IMG/VR virus record: IMGVR_UViG_3300033489_000005
Span: 1 to 64,000 of that record
Reading direction: 5' to 3' (one strand)
Source of the DNA: a virus
Length of the DNA stretch: 64,000 nucleotides
Positions 18,341-27,945 of the stretch are shown piece by piece. Made by a program: the position numbers and the translations under genes. Position 1 is the stretch's first letter, and each line of letters begins with the position of its first letter. The notes under the pieces were generated by a model that was not told the DNA's origin, ran no database searches, and saw only the letters and a program-made list of their open reading frames with translations.

Positions 18341-18715
18341 TTACTCCTCTGTTTTAGCTGGGGCGGACATGAGTCTGGTAACGCCTATTATTCGCCTAAA
18401 CTCATCGTAGAATGGGTTGTGTCTTGGGCGAGTTGCAGGCGCAAAAACGTCTTTTCGTCCGGAAACTTCAGGGTGGTTGAGTACTTCTCTAGAGACTAAA
18501 TATGCTATGCCCTTAACCGGGTCTGGAAGTCCGATAATTTCCCCCCTACATGATGATAAGACAGGGATATCTCCTATTGGTTCATCGTCGCCTTCAAGCA
18601 TAACTACTCTAGCGACTCCATGAGATACGATATCAAACCTTCTATGTTTTGCGTCAACGATAGTAACTTCATGTGGTGTTAAGTTGATGAGGCGTAAATC
18701 CTCACGTTTCATCAA
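18341..18715 (-). CDS. hypothetical protein
   Basis: 124-aa low-GC ORF with coding-like sequence (LINLTPHEVTIV...). Confidence 0.7.
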   Translation of the reverse strand: MMKREDLRLINLTPHEVTIVDAKHRRFDIVSHGVARVVMLEGDDEPIGDIPVLSSCRGEIIGLPDPVKGIAYLVSREVLNHPEVSGRKDVFAPATRPRHNPFYDEFRRIIGVTRLMSAPAKTEE

Positions 18716-18929
18716 TTTTTCTCCTATAAGATTTTGGCGGTCTTACGACAGATTCGAGCTCAACTGGTGGCTTCATACTGAACGGGCCATCATTAAGAGG
18801 TCTATTCATAATTCCTCGCAGAAACCCATCGGGTTGATTGCCGCAAGGGCATTTTTTAAAATCTGTTATCTTTAGGAAGAACAAATTTATCTGTATCTGC
18901 TCTTCTTCAGAAAACTGTTGTTCTTTCAT
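18702..18929 (-). CDS. hypothetical small protein (75 aa)
   Basis: Internal ATG (MKEQQFSEEEQ...) of track ORF 18702..19349. It follows a terminator and is low in GC. The upstream part of the track ORF is Arg-rich shadow sequence. Confidence 0.5.
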   Translation of the reverse strand: MKEQQFSEEEQIQINLFFLKITDFKKCPCGNQPDGFLRGIMNRPLNDGPFSMKPPVELESVVRPPKSYRRKIDET

Positions 18930-18944
18930 GAGTGATTTCTTTCT

Positions 18945-18981
18945 GAAAAAAGGCGACCGGCGGTTCAGCGCCGCCGGTCGC
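18945..18981 (-). terminator. rho-independent terminator (minus strand)
   Basis: Stem GGCGACCGGCGG / GCCGCCGGTCGC with loop ttcagc. The A-run on the + strand gives a U-run on the minus transcript. Confidence 0.7.
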
Positions 18982-18987
18982 TGCGCC

Positions 18988-20475
18988 TCAGTTGTTGGGA
19001 ATGGACATGCCGAGCGCAGAATTAAGCTGGCTCTGCAGAGCGTTGGTCGCAGGAGTTCCCCCAGCCATGCCGTAGCCCGCTGAGAGGTTGGGTTGCGGCT
19101 GCTGGCCGCCAGATGGGCCGTTTGAAGGCAACGCCTGCGCCTGCGCGGCTGCTGCGTTGTCCGCCGCAATCTGCGCCTTCGTCCGGCGAGTGCGCTTGGC
19201 CTTGGCTGCCTCGCCCTCAATCTCGGCGCCGTCGTGCATGCCCGGCTGACCCTGCTGTGTCGGCGGGATGTATTCGACCTCAGCTGACGGGGGCGGCGGA
19301 AGCTGCGCAGGCTGGCCGTAACCGGCCGGGGGCTGCCCGTAACCGCCATTTCCTACTCCAGATGGCTGATTTTGGGCCTGATAAGCCCCAGGACCGCCAG
19401 AATAGCCGCCAACCGGCGGATACGCCGAGGGCTGCGCCGCCGGTCCTGCAGCCGCGCCATAGCCCGCAGGGGTGACAGGAGCGGGAGCCGGGTTATATGA
19501 CGCGGGCGCGTTCTGCTGGTGAGCCGGCGGAGCCTGATAGGCCGCCGGAGGAGGGTTGTATTGGTCAGACGGCCCTGCCTGATGGGACGGAGCCGGGGCC
19601 TGATGCTGCGCGGGTTGAGCATAGTTCTGAATCGGTTGAGTCTGGACATAGCCGACAGCTGGCTGACCGACTGAGGCGGCGAGCTGCGCGGCGCCAGCGG
19701 GAGCCGCCAAGCCAGGGTTCCACTTGGACGGGTCCATCGGCTTGTCATTGCCGCCGAGCAGCACACGGGTTTCATCGCTCAACATATGCCGGTGAACGGC
19801 GGGCATGGCCGTAGGGCCGAAAACCTGCTCATTGTAGCCAAGCGGCGACAGCGTGAACTTTAGGAACCCATCCTCGTTGGCGATGAAATAGGCGCGAATC
19901 ATCACCTGCTCGGGCCGGGTAATCTTGCCGTCCCGGAGCATCTGCGTAAGAGCCGCCCAGTTCTGGAAAGCCGCCGGAGGGATGTCGAACTGAAGCGGGG
20001 TATCCCAGCCGAACGCGGGAACGATGACGGCGAGGCGCTTCTTGGTGGTGCACGCCGGGATACGCTCGCCGCGCTGCGACAGCGCCGATCCCCACTCACG
20101 CGCCCAGCAGTTCGCGCAGAACGCCGCCTGTGGCTGGCGGGCGTCCACTGAGGGGCCAACGCCGTTTTCTGAAGAGCAAACAGGGGGCTGCTTGTTCTTT
20201 GGGTCGTAGGTGCTGACCTGAGCGGGGTTCGGGTTGTTCGGGTCCTTCGCCGCCAGGGGGAAGTGCAGGCGAATCGGGTGTTTGGCCATCCCGACCAGAA
20301 TAAACTCCAGATACATCGTCCGCGCCTGTTCATCGTATAGAGCGATGGGGCGCAGTTCCTTGCCGACGACGGCGGCAAACTCCTTATTATCCGTGCTGAT
20401 GTGCGGCATCCGTCCAACGGATATGCCGACCATCATGTCATCCATAAGATTGGGCAACGCCAATTCAGTCGTCAT
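18988..20475 (-). CDS. hypothetical replication-module protein with Cys cluster and long P/Q/A/G-rich C-terminal low-complexity region
   Basis: 495-aa ORF. The N-terminal roughly 260 aa look globular, with several Cys. The C-terminal roughly 200 aa are PAAYQAPPAHQQ...-type low complexity. A possible ssDNA-binding role is speculation. Confidence 0.6.
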   Translation of the reverse strand: MTTELALPNLMDDMMVGISVGRMPHISTDNKEFAAVVGKELRPIALYDEQARTMYLEFILVGMAKHPIRLHFPLAAKDPNNPNPAQVSTYDPKNKQPPVCSSENGVGPSVDARQPQAAFCANCWAREWGSALSQRGERIPACTTKKRLAVIVPAFGWDTPLQFDIPPAAFQNWAALTQMLRDGKITRPEQVMIRAYFIANEDGFLKFTLSPLGYNEQVFGPTAMPAVHRHMLSDETRVLLGGNDKPMDPSKWNPGLAAPAGAAQLAASVGQPAVGYVQTQPIQNYAQPAQHQAPAPSHQAGPSDQYNPPPAAYQAPPAHQQNAPASYNPAPAPVTPAGYGAAAGPAAQPSAYPPVGGYSGGPGAYQAQNQPSGVGNGGYGQPPAGYGQPAQLPPPPSAEVEYIPPTQQGQPGMHDGAEIEGEAAKAKRTRRTKAQIAADNAAAAQAQALPSNGPSGGQQPQPNLSAGYGMAGGTPATNALQSQLNSALGMSIPNN

Positions 20476-20959
20476 CCGATATGTCTCCCTTTTTGCGGAC
20501 TTTAATAAAAACTGTCGAGTTTCTGTTTAGTCCTGGCGGTAAAAAGTCCTCAAATTTATATATGACTTTGTCACCGCCTGTTTTTACATACTCTCGGTAA
20601 TCTTCGAACCGCCGCCCCGCCCAAGCGTCAATCTCTTTGGCGTCGGGCTGGAGCTTTACAAGCTCCCAAATATTGGGGTCATTCTGAGAAAGTAACCATC
20701 TCAGGAACTCGGTCTTGTCGACTACCTTATACTCTACCTTGCTGGTTGTAAATGCTGTTCCTGACGGCGCAGCTACGCCGTTAAGCTTGCTCTGAGTGAG
20801 GGTGGCGGCGAGATAGTTTCCGAGAAACACCTTGCTTTTCTCATACTCAGCCATTGCGCCTTTGAGCTTTTCTTTTTCGGCATCAATAAAAGCTCTGAGC
20901 TGGATAAATTTTCTTATGATGGGTTCTAGCTCAGTGACTAGCGTATTATTATCAGTCAC
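20465..20959 (-). CDS. hypothetical protein, acidic C-terminus (Gp157-like size and position)
   Basis: 164-aa ORF with a GTG start in an 8-nt GTGACTGA overlap with the helicase stop. It ends in GDISDDD. Confidence 0.6.
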   Translation of the reverse strand: MTDNNTLVTELEPIIRKFIQLRAFIDAEKEKLKGAMAEYEKSKVFLGNYLAATLTQSKLNGVAAPSGTAFTTSKVEYKVVDKTEFLRWLLSQNDPNIWELVKLQPDAKEIDAWAGRRFEDYREYVKTGGDKVIYKFEDFLPPGLNRNSTVFIKVRKKGDISDDD

Positions 20960-22634
20960 GGATATCCCTATCTTCTATCAGTTTTAGAAACACATCTTGC
21001 ATGTCCTCCTGAGATTGGAGTCTATCATAGACTGCATCCTCTAAGTGATGAGACGAAATGCAAATTACAAGGGTCGGTTTCTTCTGGTTTGGGCCGCAAA
21101 CGCGTCGGTTTGCTTGTATCCACGTTTCGGTCTTATCAACCGGGCCAAACCAAACTATGATAGAGGCGGCGGATAGGTCAAGCCCAAATTTTAATATTTC
21201 TGGCTGTGCGACTAAAAACCGTTTCTGGTCACCCATAAGGAAGTCGTTTAAACGGTCTGACCGCTCGTTATATGGGGTTGAGCCGTCGATAAAAACGCTT
21301 TTAGCAGCGCCGAGGTGTTTATGCAGTATGTGCAAAACGGAGGTGAACGGAGCTAAAATAATAAGTTTATCGTCCGTCTCCTCGATAATCTCATCTAATA
21401 CGGCGAGTCTACCGGGGGCGTCGACCTTAAGCGCAACGCCTGCGTCGTCATAAACTGCGCCAGACAGGATTTGCAGGGATTTGGAGCGCATGACGCCAGC
21501 GTTCGCCACGCTGACTTTTGAGACGTCGCCGTTGGCCTGCTGGAGCATGGCCAAGGCGTCACTCTTGAGCCTGCGCAGCAGCGCCCGCTGCGAATCGGAC
21601 ATCTGCGCCCGGCGGCGCACGATGGTCTGAGGCAGCGCATCAAAGCAATCAGCGGCCCGGAACCGGACAGCCGGGCGCAGGAGGCGGGCGGCCATCTCGA
21701 TGGCCGTAACGGACTCGGTGAAGCCGTCCGGGCGCCGGATGATAATCTGTTCCTTCGGTTTCCATCGGTACTGGGTCTTGAGCTCCATCAGGAGCGCCCG
21801 GACATTGTCAAACCGGTCAATATAGTCGGGCTCGCACAGACGGCGCAACCCGTGAATGTCCGTGGGGGCCTGCGCTGTCGGCGAGCCGGTCATCGGCCAG
21901 CGAACCAGCTTGTTCTTGGCGATGATTTCGCGGCCCGCCTTTGAGCGGTCTGTGGTCCCATCCTTGAACGCCGACGCCTCATCAATGATGACAACCCCGA
22001 TGTCGGTGCGCTCGATAAGGCGCTTGGCCATGCCGCCGATTCGCATGAACTTGGCGCCGTTCGACCGGCGTTCCCAGCTCACCCCCATGCGGAGCATGTC
22101 ATGGTTGCCGATGTAGAAATCTACATCGGCCTCCAGTTTCTTCAGGCGGGCCTCGGCCGAGTGGGCGTGCAGGACGACGCAGGTGCGCCGCCCCAGGAAG
22201 TTTCTGATAATTGACTGCCGCCAGACGTCCTTCAGCGTGCTGAGATTGGACAGCACAAGACATTTCAAGCCGGGATGGATGCGCATCAGGAAGTCAGCCG
22301 CCCAAAGGCTCGCCATGGTTTTGCCCGTCCTCATTTCGTTCAGGACGTAGCAGCAGGGGTTCAGGACGAGCATGTTCGCCGTAACGCGCTGGGAGCTGTA
22401 CGGCCTGAACTCGCCGGGCCAGTCATAGCCGAAAAAATCTAGCGGGGGCGGGACGTCGATTTTGTGCTGGTGGAGCGTTTGGAGGTTCCCGAGCGTGGCT
22501 TTGACACAGAGATAATTGGGGAGGTTGACGAGCGGGCCTTGTACGTCCTCTTGACGCGGAACCCAAGAGCCTCTCTCAAGGCGGTCCCGGTCATAGAACA
22601 GATAACCGGAGGCTTGATCCCACATGAAAGGCAT
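20952..22634 (-). CDS. SNF2-family DNA helicase
   Basis: Motif I LNEMRTGKT, motif II VVIIDEASAF, motif III MTGSPTAQ, and a C-terminal helicase lobe (FIDGSTPYNERSDRLNDF...FGLDLSAASIIVWF...QANRRV). The ATG at 22634 is preceded by GGAG. Confidence 0.85.
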   Translation of the reverse strand: MPFMWDQASGYLFYDRDRLERGSWVPRQEDVQGPLVNLPNYLCVKATLGNLQTLHQHKIDVPPPLDFFGYDWPGEFRPYSSQRVTANMLVLNPCCYVLNEMRTGKTMASLWAADFLMRIHPGLKCLVLSNLSTLKDVWRQSIIRNFLGRRTCVVLHAHSAEARLKKLEADVDFYIGNHDMLRMGVSWERRSNGAKFMRIGGMAKRLIERTDIGVVIIDEASAFKDGTTDRSKAGREIIAKNKLVRWPMTGSPTAQAPTDIHGLRRLCEPDYIDRFDNVRALLMELKTQYRWKPKEQIIIRRPDGFTESVTAIEMAARLLRPAVRFRAADCFDALPQTIVRRRAQMSDSQRALLRRLKSDALAMLQQANGDVSKVSVANAGVMRSKSLQILSGAVYDDAGVALKVDAPGRLAVLDEIIEETDDKLIILAPFTSVLHILHKHLGAAKSVFIDGSTPYNERSDRLNDFLMGDQKRFLVAQPEILKFGLDLSAASIIVWFGPVDKTETWIQANRRVCGPNQKKPTLVICISSHHLEDAVYDRLQSQEDMQDVFLKLIEDRDIRD

Positions 22635-22987
22635 TCTTCGCTCCACTGCTGCAACAGGCTCTCGATGCTGTCGGCTTCAAACGCCCAACCGCCGCGCTTG
22701 GCCCACTCGTTCAAAAAATCGCGCTGTTTGTCCGTCGCTTTTTCACCAGGCGCCTTAGCCTCTACAGCGACCGCCGCCGACCTCCAGACGCCAAGGAAGT
22801 CAACGGCGCGGTCGCCGCGCCCGTTCTGAGAGGGCATGAACTTGAAGACGCCGATGGCGTCAAAGAAGGCCTTCATCTCGGCCTTGACGATTCCCTCCGG
22901 CGTCTCGCCGGAGGGGATGCTGCGCTTCTTTTTCGGGATGTCGAGGGTTTCGACCACCACGCCGGGAATAACCTCGATTTCACCCAT
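22439..22987 (-). CDS. VRR-NUC-like (PD-(D/E)xK) nuclease; its 3-prime end overlaps the helicase gene
   Basis: GDRAVDFLGVW...AVAVEAKAPGEKATDKQRDFLNEWAKRGGWAF fits the VRR-NUC pattern (D...ExK...Q). The frame stays open about 200 nt into the helicase gene. Confidence 0.6.
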   Translation of the reverse strand: MGEIEVIPGVVVETLDIPKKKRSIPSGETPEGIVKAEMKAFFDAIGVFKFMPSQNGRGDRAVDFLGVWRSAAVAVEAKAPGEKATDKQRDFLNEWAKRGGWAFEADSIESLLQQWSEECLSCGIKPPVICSMTGTALREALGFRVKRTYKARSSTSPIISVSKPRSGTSKRSTSTKSTSRPR

Positions 22988-23150
22988 TTTTCTCATCCTC
23001 ATCAGCTGGCAGCTTCTCTTCGTGGGAAAAGCTAAGCTTGCCTTGCTTACACATGGGGCATATGTCCGGGGCATCGTCCGGATCGTAGTAGGCCGCTGAC
23101 TCGCCACAGGCGTTGCAGCGGAAAATGAACGTTATAATCTGCTCACTCAT
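22980..23150 (-). CDS. zinc-ribbon miniprotein (56 aa)
   Basis: MSEQIITFIFRCNACGESAAYYDPDDAPDICPMCKQGKL... has CxxC...CPxC. It has 8-nt overlaps with both neighbours (ATGAGTGA, ATGGGTGA). It is below the ORF-track size cut-off. Confidence 0.55.
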   Translation of the reverse strand: MSEQIITFIFRCNACGESAAYYDPDDAPDICPMCKQGKLSFSHEEKLPADEDEKNG

Positions 23151-23406
23151 TGATAAACCTTATGTTTTCTTCCCCATGCAGGAGAATCGAGCCGTTCCTG
23201 TACTCTCCCGAAACGCCGTTATGCGGGGCGGCGCCAAAGCCATCCCGTATGCATTTCCAGCCGCCCGGTTCGCTGATTGGCTTGATTTCGAAAACCAAAT
23301 CAGGGTCCGTGACCCCTTTGTTGGCGTTCTGGGGCCACGTCCAGGCGCGCATGTCATGGAGAACGGTCGCGCCAACTTTGATGCGTCCGCGAAGCCTGCG
23401 CGTCAT
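23143..23406 (-). CDS. hypothetical protein (87 aa)
   Basis: Internal ATG of track ORF 23143..23448, in an ATGA overlap with the upstream stop. Confidence 0.6.
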   Translation of the reverse strand: MTRRLRGRIKVGATVLHDMRAWTWPQNANKGVTDPDLVFEIKPISEPGGWKCIRDGFGAAPHNGVSGEYRNGSILLHGEENIRFINE

Positions 23407-24092
23407 TCGAACCCCGCGAACTCGCATGGCGCGTGGCACCATTTGCACGGGAACGGATCACCGGGAACCGCGGTGAATTTCCCGGCGTCGAGCGGCGACG
23501 TAACCCGCTCGTCGACGCCGTCAGCCATGGCGATAAGGCGCGGCATGGCCTTCTCCCACGCATCGTTGAGGTCATAGTGCGGGCCTGACCGCGCGTCCTG
23601 CGTCCAGTAATAGGCCCCCTTGATTGATTGAATCGAGGGGAAATGCGCCTGCACCACAATAGCCTGCAGGTATAGCTGAAACGGGTCTTCGCGCGGCTTG
23701 CCCGTCTTGATATCCAGCGTGAACGCCATAGAGCGGTCAGCGTTCATCAAGATGATATCTCCCTTGGCCGTCACGGCGCAGCCTTCCTTATACGGCTCGC
23801 GGGCCTCCCCTTCCCAGGACATTCCATAATTGCGCTCGGTAATGACAACCGGGTAAGCCTCAACTATCTGACAAAACGGCTCGAACTGTTGCATGTTCTC
23901 GGGAAGCGGGCGCTTGCCCTGCTTAAGCCGCAGCTCAATAGCCTTGTGAACGGCGTTTCCCCAGTCAAGAGCTTCAGATTTTGCCTGTTTGGGGTAGTCC
24001 TTGGCGATATGCCGGTGGAAGAATTTCTTCGGGCATTGCTCGAACTCATTGAACGACGTATAGGAAATCGAGTGTTTGCTACTCCAGGTCAT
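23403..24092 (-). CDS. Cas4/RecB-like PD-(D/E)xK exonuclease with 4-Cys cluster
   Basis: N-terminal CPKKF, the motif LDIKTGK, QLYLQA (QxxxY), and C-terminal CKWCHAPC. This is the typical Cas4/AddB-type nuclease layout. Confidence 0.75.
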   Translation of the reverse strand: MTWSSKHSISYTSFNEFEQCPKKFFHRHIAKDYPKQAKSEALDWGNAVHKAIELRLKQGKRPLPENMQQFEPFCQIVEAYPVVITERNYGMSWEGEAREPYKEGCAVTAKGDIILMNADRSMAFTLDIKTGKPREDPFQLYLQAIVVQAHFPSIQSIKGAYYWTQDARSGPHYDLNDAWEKAMPRLIAMADGVDERVTSPLDAGKFTAVPGDPFPCKWCHAPCEFAGFE

Positions 24093-24358
24093 TGAACTGT
24101 GTCGCTTTCGTTCTTATTCGCTGAGTTAATCTTGATGACGCTCGAAATAGAATCAATCGCCTTCATTCGTTCGGCTTCGTCTGGGAAATCTTTTTTGAAC
24201 ATCATAGATAATATTGTCAGGATGACGTTTAAAACGCGCTGTCTTGACATATCATCTTTTATGAAAACAGAGATGAGCTTAAGAACATCTTCGTTTGTCT
24301 GGTCAAGTTCAGCATCTGTGGTGAACCTGATTGACATATCTTCTGTTGTTAGCTTCAA
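24089..24358 (-). CDS. hypothetical protein
   Basis: 89-aa low-GC ORF with an ATGA overlap. Confidence 0.65.
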   Translation of the reverse strand: MKLTTEDMSIRFTTDAELDQTNEDVLKLISVFIKDDMSRQRVLNVILTILSMMFKKDFPDEAERMKAIDSISSVIKINSANKNESDTVQ

Positions 24359-24624
24359 TGTGTGACTCCATTGTCCACATCTTCAAACACGATGTTGGCC
24401 AAGATGGCCTCGCTAATCCCCTTTGCAAGCTTTATCTTCTTATCATTGGGGACTTCTTTTGCTGAAAGTGCAGACGCCAAGACCATTACTAGGGTATTGA
24501 TTCCAATCTGAAAGGGGACCGGCCCATTGTTGTCAAGAACCACCGTAATTTTACGGGCTAGTTCTATGACTATCCGCTTATCTTCGTCATTCGGAATGTA
24601 TATTTCTCCAATGGGAACTTTCAT
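24355..24624 (-). CDS. hypothetical protein
   Basis: 89-aa low-GC ORF, the same size as its neighbour (possible paralogue). Confidence 0.65.
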   Translation of the reverse strand: MKVPIGEIYIPNDEDKRIVIELARKITVVLDNNGPVPFQIGINTLVMVLASALSAKEVPNDKKIKLAKGISEAILANIVFEDVDNGVTH

Positions 24625-24682
24625 TGTGCCTGCGCTCCGAGGGGTTTCGCTGCCCTTGGTGTCGCATAAAATTCAGTGAATG

Positions 24683-26596
24683 TCACTTCGAATAGTCCTC
24701 GGCGATGCGGATATCCACCCCAAGAGGGATGTTCGGGAGCCACCAGATTTGGCGGGTAGGCTCCTCGCCGAGAATCTGCTTGGCTTCCTCGGCGCAGGCC
24801 TCCGGGCAGTGGACGGCCATATCGTCGTGGGTGTGCAGGCAGATGCGGCCCCAGCCCTTGATGCGCTCGCGGACGCGCAGCTCGGCCTGTGAGAACGCGA
24901 GCCTGGACAGGGCGGCCACGATGTTCTGTGTCATCTTGCCCCCGTACAGAACCTCAAAGCCGTTCAGGCGCGGCAGCTTCCACCCCTGTTTGACCACGTC
25001 CACGCCATCGATGCTCCGGGTGAATTCGCCCCAGTGAAGGCCGTCATAGTGGAGCATGAGGCCGGTGGGCAGGATGACTTTCTGATTCCTGATGCGCAGG
25101 AGAGGCCTGTCATAGAAGGGCTGTCCCGGCTCGACCGGCGCGAACACATCGAAGTTGTGGCGACCGGCGAGCAGCTTCAACCAGTCCTCGGCGTGCTGCC
25201 ATATGCCGCCTGTCAGCTGTCGGCCGTCACGCCGCCCGGCAATCTGCAGGTTATCGTCGCGGTACGTGCGCACGAACGCCTTGCACTCGTCTTCGGACAA
25301 GTCGACGCCGAACATGCGCTTGGCCGACGTCTGGACCTTGCCCCAGCCCGACTGGAAGCCTAATTGAAGTGTTCCTACTTTGCCTAGCTGGCGCTCGAAT
25401 TCGTCGGCCTTGGTTATCGGGCGCCCATAGAACTTGGACGCCAGCTCGCAATAGAGGTCGCGCTTCTCGCGGAACGCTCTCAGCTTATCGAACTGCCCGG
25501 CGAGGGCGCAGAGCATGCGGCACTGGATTTGCGCCATGTCGGCGACCACCAGCTTGGACCCAGGCTGCGACTTGATCGACTTGCGCAGCTCCTGGCCGTT
25601 GCGGCCGCGAGAGGGAAGATTTTGGAAGTTATCACCCCCAGACCCCGCCCAATGGCTTGTTTTTGTTCCATAATAATTGTATGGAACCCGCATTGCCCCC
25701 CGTTGGGCCTTGGTCAGGAACCGGGCGGCCCGCGTCTCCTGAATAGTCGACTTGACGTCGAGCCGCATCTGCGCCAGATGGGCATGATGTTCGTCCGGCG
25801 AGTCGAGCAGGTCCACCATGAACGGGTCTGATTTGGCGAACGCCCCTTTCCAACCGCGCTTGGTCTTGGCGGGCTTCAGAATGACCTCAATGCCTTCGCG
25901 AAGTAGAAGCGCCTCGAACCGGTCATCGGACGCAAAGTCCTCGCGGGTCAGCTGCAGGCGGTCGAGCAGCTCTTGCTTGCGGAACGCCTCATCATGAACA
26001 AGGGTGTTTAAACGCGCTATGTCGCCGCGCAGGCAGGGCTCGGTGAACATGCGAATCGTCATATCGATAAGCTCAAGTTCCTCAGCGGGCAAAAGCGGAA
26101 CCATGAGCTGTGCGATGGTCCAAGTGCGCTGGCTGTCGCCGAGGCACTGGGAGCCAAGGTTCATCCGCTCCTGAGCCGTCAGCTCGGCCCATCGCTTGCC
26201 CTTGAAGACGTTGTACTCGACCGTTTTCGGAGGCAACCCGTAGCGCTTGCATTGGGCGTCCAGGCTGTGCAGGACGGCGACGCCAGACAGCGCCCGGCTC
26301 ATGGCCAGGGTGTCCACGATGAAGGCGGGGTAAAAATCGAAATGTTCAGCCAGGATACCAGCGTCAAACATGGCGTTCTGTGCAATCAAACCAGTCTTGG
26401 CGGGGTTTTGCCGGGACAGCCACCCGGCGATGGCTTCTTGGGGTAGGATAATCCGTGTATTGGTGTTAAAGACCGATAGACACAGCGGCTCAAAACGTTC
26501 ATCGCTTATGTATTCGTCAGTTGTCATCTTACCGCGATACAGAGTGTACTCATCGCTATAATGAGTCTCAAAATCCATCGCATAAAACGTTATCAT
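24683..26596 (-). CDS. family-A DNA polymerase with 3-5 exonuclease domain
   Basis: Exo I AMDFETH and Exo II NAMFDAGIL. Pol motif A LVVADMAQIQCRML, motif B RQLGKVGTLQLGFQSG, motif C HTHDD. Confidence 0.9.
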   Translation of the reverse strand: MITFYAMDFETHYSDEYTLYRGKMTTDEYISDERFEPLCLSVFNTNTRIILPQEAIAGWLSRQNPAKTGLIAQNAMFDAGILAEHFDFYPAFIVDTLAMSRALSGVAVLHSLDAQCKRYGLPPKTVEYNVFKGKRWAELTAQERMNLGSQCLGDSQRTWTIAQLMVPLLPAEELELIDMTIRMFTEPCLRGDIARLNTLVHDEAFRKQELLDRLQLTREDFASDDRFEALLLREGIEVILKPAKTKRGWKGAFAKSDPFMVDLLDSPDEHHAHLAQMRLDVKSTIQETRAARFLTKAQRGAMRVPYNYYGTKTSHWAGSGGDNFQNLPSRGRNGQELRKSIKSQPGSKLVVADMAQIQCRMLCALAGQFDKLRAFREKRDLYCELASKFYGRPITKADEFERQLGKVGTLQLGFQSGWGKVQTSAKRMFGVDLSEDECKAFVRTYRDDNLQIAGRRDGRQLTGGIWQHAEDWLKLLAGRHNFDVFAPVEPGQPFYDRPLLRIRNQKVILPTGLMLHYDGLHWGEFTRSIDGVDVVKQGWKLPRLNGFEVLYGGKMTQNIVAALSRLAFSQAELRVRERIKGWGRICLHTHDDMAVHCPEACAEEAKQILGEEPTRQIWWLPNIPLGVDIRIAEDYSK

Positions 26597-26599
26597 CGT

Positions 26600-27091
26600 T
26601 CACTCCCTCACAGGCTTAGATGATACGGTAATAGCGTTTTTGGCGTAGTCAAGAGCCTGAACGCTAGAGGATAATCTAGACCACTCAGGGTCTATCGTAG
26701 TGACTGTTAGAAGCCTATTCTCAGTAGTGCTAATCATTCTATTAAGATTAGAGAACTTACGAGAAAACAGAGGGTCATTAGTGGGGGTGGTCAGCAGCTC
26801 TTTAGAGCGCAAGAGCAATTTTTTTGTAATGGCTACAAGAGCGCTCTTAAACTGCATGCACTCTATATAATCAAGTCGAGTGTCTTCTCCACTAATCTCC
26901 CGCCTCTTGACGCTCAGGGACCGGGTTCTGGGCGTGCAGTTCATCTTTACATACATCCACTGCACCCAATAGGGAGACCTGTTAAAGTATTCAGCAATCT
27001 GGGGACGCGTCATGCGTTCGTCGCCGTCAAGCTCCCAGATTCGCGTGAACTCTTCAAAAACAGGGTCCTCTGCAGCTCTCTTAGTACGCAT
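26600..27091 (-). CDS. hypothetical protein
   Basis: 163-aa low-GC ORF. Confidence 0.65.
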   Translation of the reverse strand: MRTKRAAEDPVFEEFTRIWELDGDERMTRPQIAEYFNRSPYWVQWMYVKMNCTPRTRSLSVKRREISGEDTRLDYIECMQFKSALVAITKKLLLRSKELLTTPTNDPLFSRKFSNLNRMISTTENRLLTVTTIDPEWSRLSSSVQALDYAKNAITVSSKPVRE

Positions 27092-27169
27092 ACTGGCTTT
27101 CCATGAATTAAAATCACTCGTCTTTTTTACGGGAAAAGAGACAAATTTGTCAATAAGAACTATCGATTA

Positions 27170-27203
27170 GGCAAAAAAACACCCCCATGCGACAGCATGG
27201 GGG
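27170..27203 (-). terminator. rho-independent terminator (minus strand)
   Basis: Minus-strand stem CCCCCATGC / GCATGGGGG with loop tgtc, followed by TGTTTTTTTG. Confidence 0.75.
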
Positions 27204-27243
27204 CGGGCAGGAAGAAGATTTTCGCTCATCAGATGAGCCATAC

Positions 27244-27504
27244 TTAGGGCGTCCTCTTGTGTTTGGCAAGAGCTGATTCATGACAGCTCGGGCACAGATG
27301 CGCCCATGAGCCGCTGCGCTGCACAGACTTCCACCCAGCCTTACGCGTCTCGGCCAGGGCGGATTCCCATCCATCAGCGTCTGGCATATCCAGGCTTTCT
27401 GAACAGTCATCACAATGACACTCCCAGCCGCCGCCATCACTCTTAGGTTTTCTTTGAAGCACTGTAGCCTCCCAATAGAGGAAATCGAACAGAGTTATTG
27501 TCAT
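27244..27504 (-). CDS. hypothetical Cys-rich protein
   Basis: 86-aa ORF with CHCDDC...CPSC. Confidence 0.65.
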   Translation of the reverse strand: MTITLFDFLYWEATVLQRKPKSDGGGWECHCDDCSESLDMPDADGWESALAETRKAGWKSVQRSGSWAHLCPSCHESALAKHKRTP

Positions 27505-27875
27505 GCCTCTGGTAGAACTCCAGAACCGAGCGCCGAGAAGATAACATTAGCCTCAGATGTTCTTGGCTGCGTCTTAAGAAGCTGGAATAACGGCCGCCAT
27601 GGAGGCGTGTCAAGCTCTGTCATGGCTTTGAATTCAATATTTGTCATGTGGCATACGGCCTGCACCATCTGTGCGGCCACAGTACGATAGATGACACGCG
27701 TTTCTTCATCGCATGATTTCCAGTTCATAAGGAGGAGCTGGTCAACGTTCTCTTTGTTTTTCATCTGATTCGCGATGGCGCAGAGCGCCATGGACTCGTA
27801 GGCTATTTGGCCGACTAGGTCTATACCGGCTCTATCAACGTATAGCGTCCGGTCTTCTACGTTCTCTACTTTCAT
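27501..27875 (-). CDS. hypothetical protein
   Basis: 124-aa ORF with an ATGA overlap onto the downstream gene. Confidence 0.7.
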   Translation of the reverse strand: MKVENVEDRTLYVDRAGIDLVGQIAYESMALCAIANQMKNKENVDQLLLMNWKSCDEETRVIYRTVAAQMVQAVCHMTNIEFKAMTELDTPPWRPLFQLLKTQPRTSEANVIFSALGSGVLPEA

Positions 27876-27906
27876 GCGATTTCCCTCTCATGAGCACAAC
27901 AGAATA

Positions 27907-27938
27907 AGCCGGGGATAGAGTGAGGTCTATCCCCGGCT
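27907..27938 (-). terminator. strong hairpin, probable terminator closing the tRNA/ncRNA unit
   Basis: Stem AGCCGGGGATAGA / TCTATCCCCGGCT (13 bp, loop of 6 nt), followed on the minus strand by TTATTCTGTT. Confidence 0.5.
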
Positions 27939-27945
27939 TTTCCCC

